Assembly: GCA_003614675.1 (NCBI GenBank)
Contig: ML002221.1
Location: 58,021 to 78,020 of the forward strand
Reading direction: 5' to 3'
DNA length: 20,000 nucleotides
Source: Dimargaris cristalligena
Lineage: Eukaryota
Part shown: piece after piece, positions 1 through 12,732 of the stretch
Layout of the letters: each line of letters starts with the position of its first letter
Position numbering within the stretch: position 1 is the first letter of the stretch
The notes under the pieces: model-generated
What the model was told of the DNA's origin: nothing
What the model saw: only the letters and a program-made list of their open reading frames with translations
The model's database searches: none
Program-made: the position numbers and the translations under genes

Positions 1-825
1 TTAACGACTTATTTATACCTCTCGAATTCTCGATATTTGTTCTGAACCCCATGGCCAATTACTTCCAACGATTCGGGTTGCTGGGCGAGGGGATCCTACC
101 GTCGATGAGGGGTTGCCCCTAGCCTAGATGGCCCGTTAACATTTAAACTTAAGTGGGCCCCACATGATTTGCAATTGATAGAAGGGGTACGGATAGTAGT
201 CGGCACTGCCGAAAAATACGCCGTTCTCCTTGGTAAGTTATAGAAGATCCCGATGATGTAGAGAATATATCACTATTACCACGAATAAATGGCCCCAATG
301 GGGTTAGCGCGAAAGGAATAGGGAGAATCCTTTTTTTTAAAAAATAAAAAACATCTGTTTTTGGGGACTTGGGGTGTGGCATGGTTCCCAATGACATCGT
401 TCATTCGATCGTCCATCGTCCCACCAAATTGAATAATATAATGTTTGCGGGGTTATTTCCGAATCTATGTAGTATCGGGGGGTTTAAGCTCATTTGTGCC
501 GCCAAATTTATGGTCCCTCCCCTTTACCCCTCCCCCTACGGGCCCTTGTGACCCATACCCTGGTTTAACGAATTCGTGACCGATTCCGATTTGCCTATAA
601 TAGCATTAGTTCGCAGATGACTCTGCAACGCTGGCCATATGACTTTAATTCGACTGGCTGGCCGATAGCGATGTCATTAGCCAACCCCTGTGGAAAAAAA
701 ACCCCCCCGACCGATCCATGGCAGATGGGCCGCACCTACCTATTAAATCCAAGGCAGATGGTTAAGATCTGTCCCCATATTCTTACAGATCAGTATCGAT
801 GTATCTCTGTATATGAGCACACACA

Positions 826-875
826 TATATATATATATACACTAGCGAATCACCGGCATTGTCGGGGGGGGGGGG
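826..875. repeat. Simple repeats: (AT)n and a G12 homopolymer
   Basis: ATATATATATATA at ~826-839 and a G run at 864-875. Confidence 0.7.
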
Positions 876-2977
876 CTTACAATAGGCGGTTCCGATGGGT
901 TAGGTCACACCTGTAATCCTTTTTTGTAAACCAGAGATGGGGAAGGCAGGCATAGCTGTAATGTAAATGTACTCGTGAGAGTAATATCGGTAAGAGATTG
1001 AACTTACATGCCTTGGGCACAGGCGGTATTGTTGCACAGAGAGGGGGGGAGTGGGCGGGTTGGTAAACACCATTTCCCCCCGAAAATATGTTGGTAAATT
1101 ATATATAATATTTCTGGGATGGAAGACGATACCCGTTTTTTCTCATTCTGCATTCAGAATTACCTAATTACATTCTGCTTATAGTATCGCGTTGTATATG
1201 GGATGTATGCAAGCCCCAATGGGTTGGCCTTGAAGTGTATGGGTGGCTTCCAGTGGATGGCTAAACCTGTCCTTTTAGATAAATAATAGGAGGTGGTGAG
1301 AGGGGGTGGGCGGGATCCCTCTATCCATCCTGTTTAGGCGGTCATCCGCCCTTTAAATCTGATGGCGTTGATGGCTCGGTCCTCGATGGGCCGTATCCAC
1401 CACTGCTATCAGTCCTGCACCACCGAGATACCACATATCGTCCGGTATTGGTTTCGAAAAAAAAGGGGGGCACAGCTTACGCAGTGGTACCGATTTCAGG
1501 ACCATGAACCCAGCAGCCCAGTGTCTCCTGGTTTTTAGCATCAGGTCATCGGAATACCAAGGTGGAAGAGGGGGGTTGAAAGAGTACCCCACCAGCACTA
1601 TTGTCCATCTGTGCGGTCAGACCCTTTTATAAATCGACACCAGAAACACTGCCATCCTGAAGGGCAAAAGAGATAGGGGTGTAAAACATTAAATACCTAA
1701 AAAAATGGGGACCCTTAGTAAGTTAATGGTTTTCCTTACAATGTCCACAAAATAGACCCTTCCAATACATCAGTGTAACCATAAGGGATTGTAGTCAAGA
1801 AGCATTAGCCCTTCCCAATCCCGCATGGCCCACCCTCCCTTATTTAAAAATATAAAATAATTAATGTATTGAAATCCTGTCCCCATTCTATTAGGCTGAG
1901 AACTTCCTAATGGCTCTTCTTCAGTAACACTTAAGTTGTTTTTTTTTAGAATATGCTATGTACTTGATTCTAATCCCCCAGGTAGCCGTTTAACAATTAC
2001 GATGCATTAGATGCAGATGAGATACACCCCCCTCCTCTTATTATATACCGTATGTAATGTGGGTAGCCATTAGAATATTAGCCATCGGCCATCGCTGGGA
2101 GCGATAGGCACCCCATCGGCGATGAAATAATATTACTGCCGTATTTGTCCATCACTTAGTACCCGCAGGTTCAACTCACTCCCTTGACTGAGGGAATGGG
2201 TGTGGGTGAGAGTCTAGGAATTTACTACCTGTGTAATGGGCTACCCGGCGTACAGATAATTATATTCAAATACCTTAGAAGCGAAACGTCCTTGAGCTAG
2301 TTTTACTATATACCCTACCACTCTTCCGGGGATGTGATGTGCGACTATTATTACGCCTGGTGGTTCCTTCTCATTTATACTGATATATTATGCCACAATC
2401 AACCCCATGGGGGATTCGCTTTTGCCAATCAATAGGCCATGTCCAACCACCCAGTCGTTGGAGGCAATATCGTACACAGTGACAAATGTAACCTTATATA
2501 ATCGTGACAGTGACAGTATCAAAAGGTAGGGGATTGGTGCATCATCTAGTGAGTATTACTTTTTTTTTTCTTGCAGATGACGTTATCGCCAATTCGATTA
2601 TGATCTCCAGAATCTGGGTGATCGTAGAAATAGGTAGGAAACATTAGGCCGTCTAATTTTAAATGCCCGTTTAGGGGGAATTATTCGCTGTGTATTGAAG
2701 CAGATCTGGTATACACATAGGGGCAATATAATAATGGATATATCTATGGCACCTATTATGCAACCACAGAGAGATGGCGGAGAAAGTCGCTGAGAATCAG
2801 TGAATGAGTTACCAGCAACGGATGTGCCCCACACACTGGACCCCCATGTAAGGTATGAGAATGATACAACTTGACCATGCTGTAGAACCTCCACATATAA
2901 GTAGAAATATTACCAGGTAAAAATACGCCCAACTGTGCTATCCTATTGACACTCCATTAAAAAGTATGTATGGTTGT

Positions 2978-3530
2978 TGTCACCTGGGTTTACCACTCTT
3001 AGTCCATCAAGAGTCCCGGGGATAGGCTTCTCACAGTAGGCAGGACTTAGACTCGGCCAAGCAGGCTACTAGCATCAGGGAGGGGTCAGTACTAACCAAT
3101 AAAGGATGAGTGCAGGCTAATGCAAGGGAAGTGCAGAGGGCACACTTACTGGCTAATACAATAGGGTGAGCATATAGGGAGTTTATTGAGGTAAACTATG
3201 GGGGTGAGGAAAATAAGCTAAGGAACTGAACTGGTCCCAGAGGGGCCTGGTTATTTATATACAGGGACTACTCATAACAAGGGGTCCTTGAAAGCAATGG
3301 GATGAATAAAGAAGAGGCAAGGGGCAGGGCCTTGACCAGGGGCTTACATCCGGAAGACTTGAGTAAGAGAGAAGGAACATTAGATCAGCTGGTGGAGTAT
3401 TGCATGAGAAGTGTTGGGGCCTGGCCATAGTGGGCTATATAGTAAGGGGAGAGTAATATGGCACAATAAGGCAAGATTGGATAGGACAATCAGTTATTCC
3501 CATATTTAGGGAGGATTAGGTGGGCCGACA
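2978..3530 (-). mobile_element. Solo LTR (553 bp) of an LTR retrotransposon, copy 1
   Basis: On + it begins TGTCACC (2978) and ends GGCCGACA (3530), giving TG...CA ends with a TGTC/GACA terminal inverted repeat. It is flanked by a perfect 5-bp TSD, GTTGT (2973-2977 and 3531-3535). It is homologous in inverted orientation to 4386-4969 (72/88 identical over the first 88 nt). On the minus strand TATATAAATAA (3251-3261) is followed by AATAAA (3182-3187), which gives the orientation. Confidence 0.9.
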
Positions 3531-4385
3531 GTTGTGGCAGTACATTTCAGTATTATTCAATTGGAAATGCTTATAATCCAAAAAAAAAACTATATAAATA
3601 TTAGATAGTAGGTTCAAGGTTTTATTAGTGGATAGTAGGTACTTAATGTTTATTAAAGGATGGGTCATTTTATCCAGATAATTGATCAACAATATAATGG
3701 TCAGTGTATATGATATGCTAGAAACTAGATAGACCATGTGCAGGTCAGGCCATTTCCAGAAGTGGTGAAATAATACAGATGGATAAACCATGTGAAAATA
3801 TCTATGTCATCACTTAGGCTTAAGGTTCTTCAAATCTACTGCAAGAGACACTGTGGTTTTCTTAGTAAGGAGGTATTGATATTACAGTTAACAGTCAGTA
3901 GGGGGTTTGGTTACAAATCAGCTTGGGGTATGAAAAATAAGGACTCCCTGCTTAGACAGCTGTACTCGTGCTCTGTTCTAAGAATCACCAATTATCAGGT
4001 GAAGGGTCTTACAAAGATGGGCTAAACCACCACTGTAAGGGGGGAACATTCACTCATGATGGCCAATGTACCTATATGTTCTGCATGACCAGATCATCTA
4101 CCACAGAGCTGGTGCTGGCTGGGCTGGATCAGAACCATTAGACCTTGATACATCATGCTTTGTTAATTCCAATTGCACACCAGAAAATAAGGAGCCCAAG
4201 GTACTGGATTAGAGTATGCCAGATTTGGGACCAATGGCATTATGTTATGAAACCATTTGATTTTAAGGGGCACCTCAATTCATTGAGTATTAGAACCTTT
4301 CTTTTAGAGATAAAAATAAACATGCTATTCATCAACTGAACATGGCCATCAATATATAATATATACTATCTATGCCTGACACTCT

Positions 4386-4969
4386 TGTTGGCCCTCCTAA
4401 TCTAACTTAATCCAGACATAATAATCACCCATCCTTATTAGGCCTTATAGCACCATATTAACCTTCCCCTGGTCACCCCTGGCACTATGGGATCACCCTA
4501 TATCACATAGCCATTCCCCTTCCAGACTCCTTGGTTTACACTAATCACTCCCATGCTGATCTGACAACTCTTCTGGTTCCTAATAAAGTCTTCCAAGTCC
4601 TCACAGCCATCTGGTTGGCTTATTTATTGTACCTTAGTCTTAGTAGTATCCTCCTTCAGGGACCTCCCTCTGGAGTCATCCCCACATATATATAACCAGG
4701 CCCCACTGGGACTGGTGCAATTCCTTAGCTTATTCTTACCCCCATAGTTTACCCTAATAAACCCTGTATACACTCATACCCTTATATTGACTAGTAAGTA
4801 TGCTTGCTGCACGTCCCTTATGTATACCAGTATTCTAGTAGCCTTTATTAGTTAGTACTATGCCCCTGCCTAGTGCTAGGACCTGCTTGGCTGAGTCTAA
4901 GCCCCATCTACCATTAGAAGCCTATCCTCAGGACCCTTGACAGACTAAGAGTAGTTAACCCGGGTGACA
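4386..4969 (+). mobile_element. Solo LTR (584 bp), same family, copy 2
   Basis: Begins TGTTGGCCC (4386) and ends GGGTGACA (4969). Flanked by a near-perfect 5-bp TSD, ACTCT (4381-4385) / ACCCT (4970-4974), differing by one transition. Internal TATATATAA (4687-4695) and AATAAA (4756-4761). Both termini and the 3' (R/U5) half match the reverse complement of 2978-3530, while the U3 half is more diverged. Confidence 0.88.
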
Positions 4970-5105
4970 ACCCTTATGCTCTATTCATCATGGTAGAATC
5001 CCATATAGTCTCACATGAGTCAGATGATACTATACCTTTTCATTTGAAGTACCCAACCCATATAAGCCATTTAATAAATCAAGTAAGATGCATTGTATGT
5101 ATATA

Positions 5106-5120
5106 TGTGTGTGTGTGTGT
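5106..5120. repeat. (TG)n microsatellite
   Basis: TGTGTGTGTGTGTGT inside the candidate intron 5083-5133. Confidence 0.75.
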
Positions 5121-8100
5121 ATTAATACCTAAGGCCAAAGTGAAGGGCTGTGACTCAATCAGACCATTAGCCACCCCATTTCCTTTTGTCCCATCCCCCA
5201 GTGAGCTATAGTTGGCATGTTTCTTTTTCTATACAATAACTGGGGCCAAGGTCTGCAGAACAGCAAGTCCCCATGATATTTGGGATCCCCTTTTAAAAAG
5301 GCCAACTTGGGTTACATGCATACTGAATATAATATTATACCAGACCAATTGCCTCAGTGGTTGATGTCCAAAGGCATTGGCCAATAGTGCCTACTGGGTG
5401 CCATTGATTTCAAATTATGAGACTCTTAGTCTTAGATGCTGGCTAATAGTAATATATTTACATACAGTTGAAGGACTCTTAGACAAGGGGTCACGAACTG
5501 GCACAGGGGCTATAGACTATTGTGTCTGGTAATCATCAGGCGAGTGAACAGTTATACTCTTTCACCATAGTAAAATGTAGCTGCTTATATAATATATTAC
5601 TTTACGTGGTACGGACTCTTGATTGTGTTTCATTTACAATATGTGCAGCATTTAATGCCTCTCTTATGTTGCTTTATTAATTAATAGAACAAAAATACCT
5701 TAACGATCACTACAGTGTTGGCAATTACCACTCATAATGATATATATCATTACAGTAAGGCACCTCGTCTTAGTTGGTGCCCAACTTCTGCTTGATGCCA
5801 TAGTTATGGTGACCCGGTGAGGCCTAGATTCACGAGGACCCTATATCAACTTGTTTGACTAATACTTGAAGGCCATCACCACTAATCTTCACGGTTGATT
5901 CAAACCCATCCATTTCCAACCGAAGCCTTTCAAAGACCTGCCAATACCTCCCCGTGCCACCATTCCCTTCCTTGGACAACCCTCCAGTAGTGTCAATATG
6001 CATAAATACTTACATGAGGTATAACATACTATCCCTTTTCTTATACCTACTACGTTTACCCCAATAAACTTTTATATATCCGCCCCCAATTGCCACCCTA
6101 CACGCTAGTGTACATATGCCAATATCACCTCCCCCTCTGTTCCGTAGCAATTGATAGCCAGTCAAACCTATTCAAATAGATTAATCGGTTTATTTTCTTA
6201 CCGTGAATTGCTCACGGAGTAGAAAATCGGGCCGAGGGGTATAGTGGTACCCGCAAAACTACTACATCCATGCCATTATCGCGATAAAATGTCCATTAAC
6301 AAGATAGTTAGTTTATCGGAGGTTGGTGGGAAATGGGACTAAAAACCGGATAAGAATACAAGGTAGCCGATTACGGTAAGGTTACTCAATTAGCCATTCT
6401 TTAACAGATTTCTCCAACAGTGGAGCCAGCGATTAAGGTTTTACAAGTATGGTAGCTATGATGGTACAATGGCTCCGATGGGTTATACAGCCCTTATCGC
6501 TTTATCCGCGCATGTTTTGTGCCGATGATGAAGGGCGGCTTAAATATGCAGAATCGCAATAACCGCCGGTATGTTTTTAAAATCCCCTATTATTAGTACG
6601 ATGAAACATTTATGCCAGCTGTTGGCCAAAGTGCTGCCTTGATTGTGCCTTCACCACCTAGAGCATAGCGATGGCGTATGGGATGGGGAGAGGGATGGTG
6701 AGAGTTGGCTAGATTAGATCGTAGCACGCGCCAGTCAACCCCATCGAGGGACCATCGTAACACATAATTAGGGAGGAAAACCAGCCCAATAGGGCACCTG
6801 TTAACTACGATAAGTGGGGAGGCCTGCAGCCATGAAGCTATCCGTCCGCCCCCCACCGAATATAAATCGATGGGCTGATGTCAAACCAAGCCGAAAAGAC
6901 TAATGACCTGTTGCCAAATGGAGTAATACATTCTAATGGCTGCTCTATAGCTGTCTCGGATATAGTGTGCTTTTCTTTTATGATTTCCCCAGCGGCTCGT
7001 GGTCTGGGCTCTTTGCGCCCAGAATAACTTTGCGTTCCGAAATGATACTGAGTGAATAGACGAGCCTCACCCGCGATGTATCCAACTTCCTTTATTAGTA
7101 ATTAACTAAACGAACCCACCTCTAGATTATCCACCAACTCATGTATTGTGGTTAGCTTGGTCAACGACGTCGCTATAGTTGAGACCAGCATTGTCGACTG
7201 GTTTATTTAGGATATACTTTTCATCCGAGTGTACGCTGTTCTATAAAAATAGACCACTCAATTCCCAATATACGCAATGAGTAGTGGGAACCGACTGGAA
7301 ATAGCCACCATCTACCATCTTGGAATACCCACGAACTGGAAAAATCCTTACACTCATTCATTGCAGGCGGCAGATGCTGAGTTGTCTCTGATAATCTTTA
7401 CTGCCATCTAAGACCCACGGGTTGGCGTTTTGGAAGTACTCCTGGAGAAAGGCTCCGGCCGGTGTGGGTTTAACACACTCACTGGCTGCTAGATTCATCC
7501 ACTCATAGGGAAACCCATGAAGCACTTTGGTGACTTTTCGCACACTTACCGGGCTATATTACTCACCGATACATTCGACCATAAGTAACCCCCCCCCCGG
7601 TCACTAGCTAGTTAGTCGCACGACCATACTATAGTTTATAACCCTCGCTATGGTAAACTAAGTATAGTGTGAGGTGCCTCGTTAATTTATTCCCACCAAG
7701 GCTGCACTTACATCGGGAGCAAGAATTATCCGAGATGGGAAATACTCCTCATTACCGTGCGGACCACCTCACCCAACAATAATAGTCGCAGGATCATCGG
7801 CTTCCCCTATAGACCCCACCAGTAGCATGGGAGGAGCTAGTTCTAAAAATATCCCTTAACATAAAGCCCTTCGCCCACTCAAAAAAGGAAAAGGCCAACT
7901 GCGAGGCGCTGGGGATTATCTGGTCCGATCCACCTTAATACGTTGACTGAAAACGAATTTGGAGATGGAGCAGCCCAATTGCTTATCTGATCAGCAGGAG
8001 GTATGGACTGGAGAATGTAGGGAATGAATGTAGCAGAACACTAAACCATGTCATAGCCCATTCACCTAGCTCTGTAGTGGGTTTCGGGCGACTGTTGGCG

Positions 8101-10198
8101 GGCCCCTTAGTAGCCTCGATATATCTAGCTTCAGCCGAATGGACTGTGGTAAACCTCCTGGCTAGGATTGCCTCCCTATATACCATAGGTTCTACTCATT
8201 CTATCAGTATATTTATCTAAATTGATTACTTTATTCATCGATCAAAATTGCGGGAGTAAGTAATATTATACAAAGTGACCTGGCTAAACTGATCAGTGAG
8301 ACTTGTTGGGGAAGGTACATCAGCTTTCGAAGAATGGATACAGTTTTGACCTCATGTACTCGTTCACGAGTATCAATCTTAATTTAGCTTCACTATTGCC
8401 TATTTCTATTGGAATTGGTGGAAAATATCCCAGGTACATTCAAAATAATATGCTGCCATTTCAAATGGGTATTATAAGGAATAATAAGCATAGGTGTTCT
8501 GAAAAGGCCAGTTGGGGAATCCGGTATTTATGCTCCACAGGACCATTACACCATCGTCCGTTGGCCCTTTATGAGACTACGGGTATGATACGGGGCTATT
8601 ATGTATCGTTAATGGTAAGAATATTTCAAGAATAGTCCGTTTCTTGCTAACTGAATGTGCCCAATAGTAAAAGGGCAAAAAATTTTAGCGCCAGCTGCTA
8701 CATATCGCTTTAGTCGTTTTCGTTTGGCTAATCTCACTTACCGATGAGTGCCAAAACAATAATGAAGGTGTTCGTTGGAAAGCACTGGATTTGCAGAACA
8801 TTTAACTAGAAACGCAATAATGGAGCAGTACCACAGTACCCACCCCCTCCCGCTTTCCCATCTCCCTAACATCACCGCAGGCCACTCAGCTGCATTATTC
8901 TTCCATATGCCATTCTTAACCCCCCCCCCCTGGTAGAGATTATCCTCAACGGACCATGTCAATTGGTGCCAATCTGAGTCAATGAGTGAACGCCATGGAA
9001 AAATGATTTCTAGAGTAGCAAAATTGGATAACCCTGGTTACATTAGCGGGAAATCGGGTATTCATTAGTCGGTTCAGTCACGATCACCCAAACGGGAATC
9101 ATCGATATATTAGGACAAGCGCGGTTGGACATTCCGTTTTTCTGTTTCCCTCTAACCTATTTCCGCCATTCATCATCTTGCTCGCCTTTTCCGGATTCTA
9201 TTAATCTTATTAGTTGCCCATAGTCCCCTCCAGATTTTCTATCTGTAAACGAACGGACCACTTGAAATGGATCCTGAATGATGACCATTCAGTTTAAGCC
9301 TAACCAATTATGTTTCGTGCATCCACTTGACCTACCCCTTCTTGCGGTGTGCTTCAGCCGAACTTCCCTTTGTTGTTTTACATCACCTAAGCCCCTTTGT
9401 ATCCCTGCTTCCTACCGGATGCCATACATTTTTACCATTTTGGTCAATATTTATTCTTAACCTTGGCAGAGTAACCTAATACTATAATAACTATATAAAC
9501 CAACTTAGGTGACAAGAATTTAGGCCCCATGTATGTCCCCAGGAAGAGGAATACATATTGTGGTCTTTGATGAAATGCATTAGCCCGGGCATGCTTCAGA
9601 GGTAGAGTGGTAGGCTGGTGGGGGGGTATAGTGTAGGAGGGTCGCATACCATTGCTAGTGGACCTAGTTGGAGGTTAAACCGTTGTTAAGCTGGAAAAAT
9701 AAAATAGAACGGGAATAGAGGGGAGTGTCTCATAACTGCCACATTGCCATAATTGGAAGATGCCCGTAAAACTATGTCATACTTCGAAGAGGCAATGAAG
9801 GGAGTATCTGGGACAATGGCCAGATTAAAAAGGTGATTCATTGGGTAGATCCTTAGACGGCAATGTGCCGCAGACAACATGCGATTATACTCGCTGAGTT
9901 GTTTCCTGGCCCTTCCCCTCGTGCAGCATCCTTGATTGCTTATATTTAGATGAAATTGCGCTTAGAGCGATTGTGGTTTATGAGTAAATGTCGTCGTTTC
10001 CAGTATACAGAATATTCACTCAACGCCTCCCCAGCCTTATTGGTAAGGTGTATTTACTTTGCCGGATGCGCTTAAAAATAGATTCTGAATAGGCGGGATT
10101 GTCGATGGCTGAAACACAACCGCCGTCCATTGGCTTTGCATTCCTCCGGTGCCTTAACTCCCTCCGTGAGGATTCGGTTATTATGATGTCAGAAACAG

Positions 10199-10214
10199 TA
10201 TATATATATATATA
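10199..10214. repeat. (TA)8 microsatellite / TATA-like tract
   Basis: TATATATATATATATA followed by AAC. Confidence 0.7.
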
Positions 10215-11991
10215 AACAGGAAATTTGGGCTTTCCTTCCCTTACATTCCCACCACATAGTAGAAGGTGACTTTGATACTGTTACGCGGGTGTGACGAATA
10301 TAAGATTAACGAGCGCATGCCCCACAGCCAGATGGGATGGCAATAACGCTAATACATTGCAAGTCACCAGGTAATAATTCGTATGCACTCTTCGGGTTCA
10401 TCGTTCAATCTAGAAAGCGGGGAAAATAATCAATGGGACATTTTATCTGTAATGGGGGCAAGCAGTTTTAGTAGAAATACACTCTAAACCGAGGTTTGGG
10501 AATGGGGCATTTTGTTTTACCACTTCGATTATATATCCACTTGGTAACCCCCCTGACCCTTCTCCGAAGGATTATGCAAGCTAGCCCAGTAGAATAGGCA
10601 AATACATATGTAAGTCTGTCATGGCAAATGGGTTAGGGAAGGAAGCCTGGTCCACACCATGGTACACGTTAACGTGAAGGAAATTAGCATGTAAATGTAA
10701 AAGAAAAAGAGGGTTTGGTCTAAAGAGTTAATATCCAGAGATACATCCGAATATTAACCCAACGAATAGGAACAAAACAATGCAGATCGCCACCAATCGA
10801 TACTCACAAAAAACAATAAGTCGTGCCTATAATATGAACAGTGGGGACCGGATAACACGGAGGTAAATTCCAGTGTGAGACCCATTTGCGTTTTCTGCCA
10901 AAGGTAGAGGAACCTCTGGCCGGGTATTGGGTATTTAATATAACCATATATATTCGTCAGTTTTGCCCAATATTCGTACTAGTCATGCCTGCAGCTGCGA
11001 TGCGCCAGGGTGCGCTGGTGGCTAATTTGAAATTGACTGGTATTGTATGGCTTTACCCGAGTAGCGCAGCTCTATTTGGCCGCGAGACAACTTTTTAATG
11101 GACCTGGAGTATAGTCGAGCCCCGCCCCAACTTTTATTTCCGGTGTTAATCTGTTTTTTTGTTAATGGCGAGGGGGGAGGGGTAAGAAGGGTGTCTTACA
11201 GTCCTCGGAATAGGTGGTGAACCAAACGGATACCCACAGTGCTGAATTGGGTGAACTCCGAAACCTACTGGGTGCATATCTGATGGATATTACTTAGGTT
11301 TCTATCGTGTCCTATTAGCACCCCCCGTTTCTTCTATTGCGGTAGCCAGCGGACCAGCCCGTTAATCCCCTTTGAAATAACGTCCGTGCAGCATCTCACC
11401 CCGGTCGGAATCTGAACGCGCCGGGAAGTAGTGCAATAAAATGTATGAATGTTTGGGCCTGTTTGCGGATGCGACCGTAGTTGCCGGCTGAATCGGCAGT
11501 ATTAAGGAATGGGATGGGAAAAATGCTACGATAAAGGTGCAGTGACTCATGTTGGGTGACGACCCTGGTTCTTTAGGGTCATCAGTCGTGCGCTTATCAG
11601 ATAGGTCGACCTTCCTATTCCCTAGGAGGTGTCTTTTTTTGGTTTTTTTAAGGAGGGGAGGGGGCGATAATACGGAGTGGAACGGGGGGCCCGCGTAGAA
11701 TGTGGGTGATCATCCCTGTGAAAATTACGGATGAGATATAGCAGCTTAGGGTGAGCATAGCCTAAAATGTGGAATATACCAAGTGCTTCTAAATATATAA
11801 TACAGTTCCCTGTGAACCTAAATAGGAGCTGGTACATGGCGCGTCATAATTGGGAATGGAAGAGGGCAACAATATGTGGCCGTATCGAAGAGATACTATG
11901 CCTGTTGAAAAGCAATAAAGCGGTATAACCTGGCGTCCCCTCCGAAGAAACCGCTCGTCATACTGTTAAGCTGAGGATGCAGCGGTGTCAC

Positions 11992-12732
11992 ATTGGCGAA
12001 TCGAATTCTGGTTAGTGACCAATATCATGCGCCAGGTTTTCTATGGGGAGTTACCAAATGGCGACAAGCCTTCTCTTCAAGGCTGTATAATTGGATATGT
12101 TCCCGATCATCCCGATAGGTCTAATGATTGTAACAGGTGGGCTGAAATGTGCGCGCGTTGCCTTTTCACTTATTCTCCCCGCTAGGCCAATTATTACCAA
12201 TCGGCATCATTTCCAATACCCGGTTCAATTCGCTCAGTAGGGCTTCTTTGCATAATGGGCAGCCAACCACGCCATCCAGATTGTCCCTTGGCGCTTGACC
12301 CTGCAAAAAAATACCCCCTGGTTAATTAATCTCCCTGTAAGTCATTTTCTGTATTTCGAATCATTTCGGTTTTGCCCACGCCAATGAATGGTTCCCAAAT
12401 TCAATCACCGGAGGGTTAGGTATGGGTCCGATAAATCCAGAGCTGGCTCGAGACTGGCACTTAAAGCAGTGGGAATCCCTTTCTTCTCGTTGGCTTCCGC
12501 CCACTGATTATTTGGCAACGAGCCTGCACCAAGAAAGGTGTATAACTGGCTTTGGAGCCATTTCTAGCCGATTGGAGCAGTGGTTTATGGGGTCGCCTGC
12601 CTTGTCCATCCTTGGCCAATAATTATAGACAGGACTTACAATTGAGAATAGGAGAATAATAAACCTGGAGTGGGAGAAAGAAAATCAGTTAATGGGCGGG
12701 AGGGAACATTATCCAATAATGTCGCCGATTGG
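11992..12732. promoter_or_regulatory. Cluster of CCAAT boxes (candidate NF-Y/HAP2-3-5 binding module)
   Basis: 11 CCAAT/ATTGG pentamers in ~740 bp. The identical 9-mer CCAATCGGC occurs three times (12197-12205 +, 12567-12575 -, 12724-12732 -). Confidence 0.4.

Larger units (their letters stand above)
2338..5532 (+). pseudogene. Possible decayed intron-containing gene of unknown family (Cys-rich segments), interrupted by both solo LTRs; boundaries approximate
   Basis: Several long, nearly open + frames: 3792-4025 is open, 3956-4339 has one internal TAG (4139), and 4975-5532 has only two internal stops (TAG 5209, TGA 5362). These stops can arise from CAG/CGA by C>T. Two candidate 51-nt introns: 2526-2576 (GTAGGG...T10CTTGCAG) and 5083-5133 (GTAAGA...(TG)n...TAAG, frame-preserving). 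No protein family recognised. Confidence 0.35.

Noticed and set aside
1640..1985. Second CpG-poor patch as a possible element relic
   Set aside because: Short and AT-rich, with no termini, TSD or homology visible within the window.
3531..4385. Retrotransposon internal region between the LTRs
   Set aside because: The LTRs are inverted rather than direct, host TSDs sit where a PBS or PPT would be, and I recognise no gag/RT/integrase motifs.
2978..4969. A single DNA transposon, foldback or DIRS-like element with ~550-bp terminal inverted repeats
   Set aside because: The outer flanks (GTTGT vs ACCCT) do not form a shared TSD, while each arm has its own TSD and TG...CA ends. Two solo LTRs explain it better.
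7626..7665. Imperfect hairpin ATACT(A)TAGTTTA...TAAACTAAGTAT
   Set aside because: It is an AT-rich 12-bp stem with a bulge and has no ncRNA, MITE or Helitron hallmarks. It is plausibly chance.
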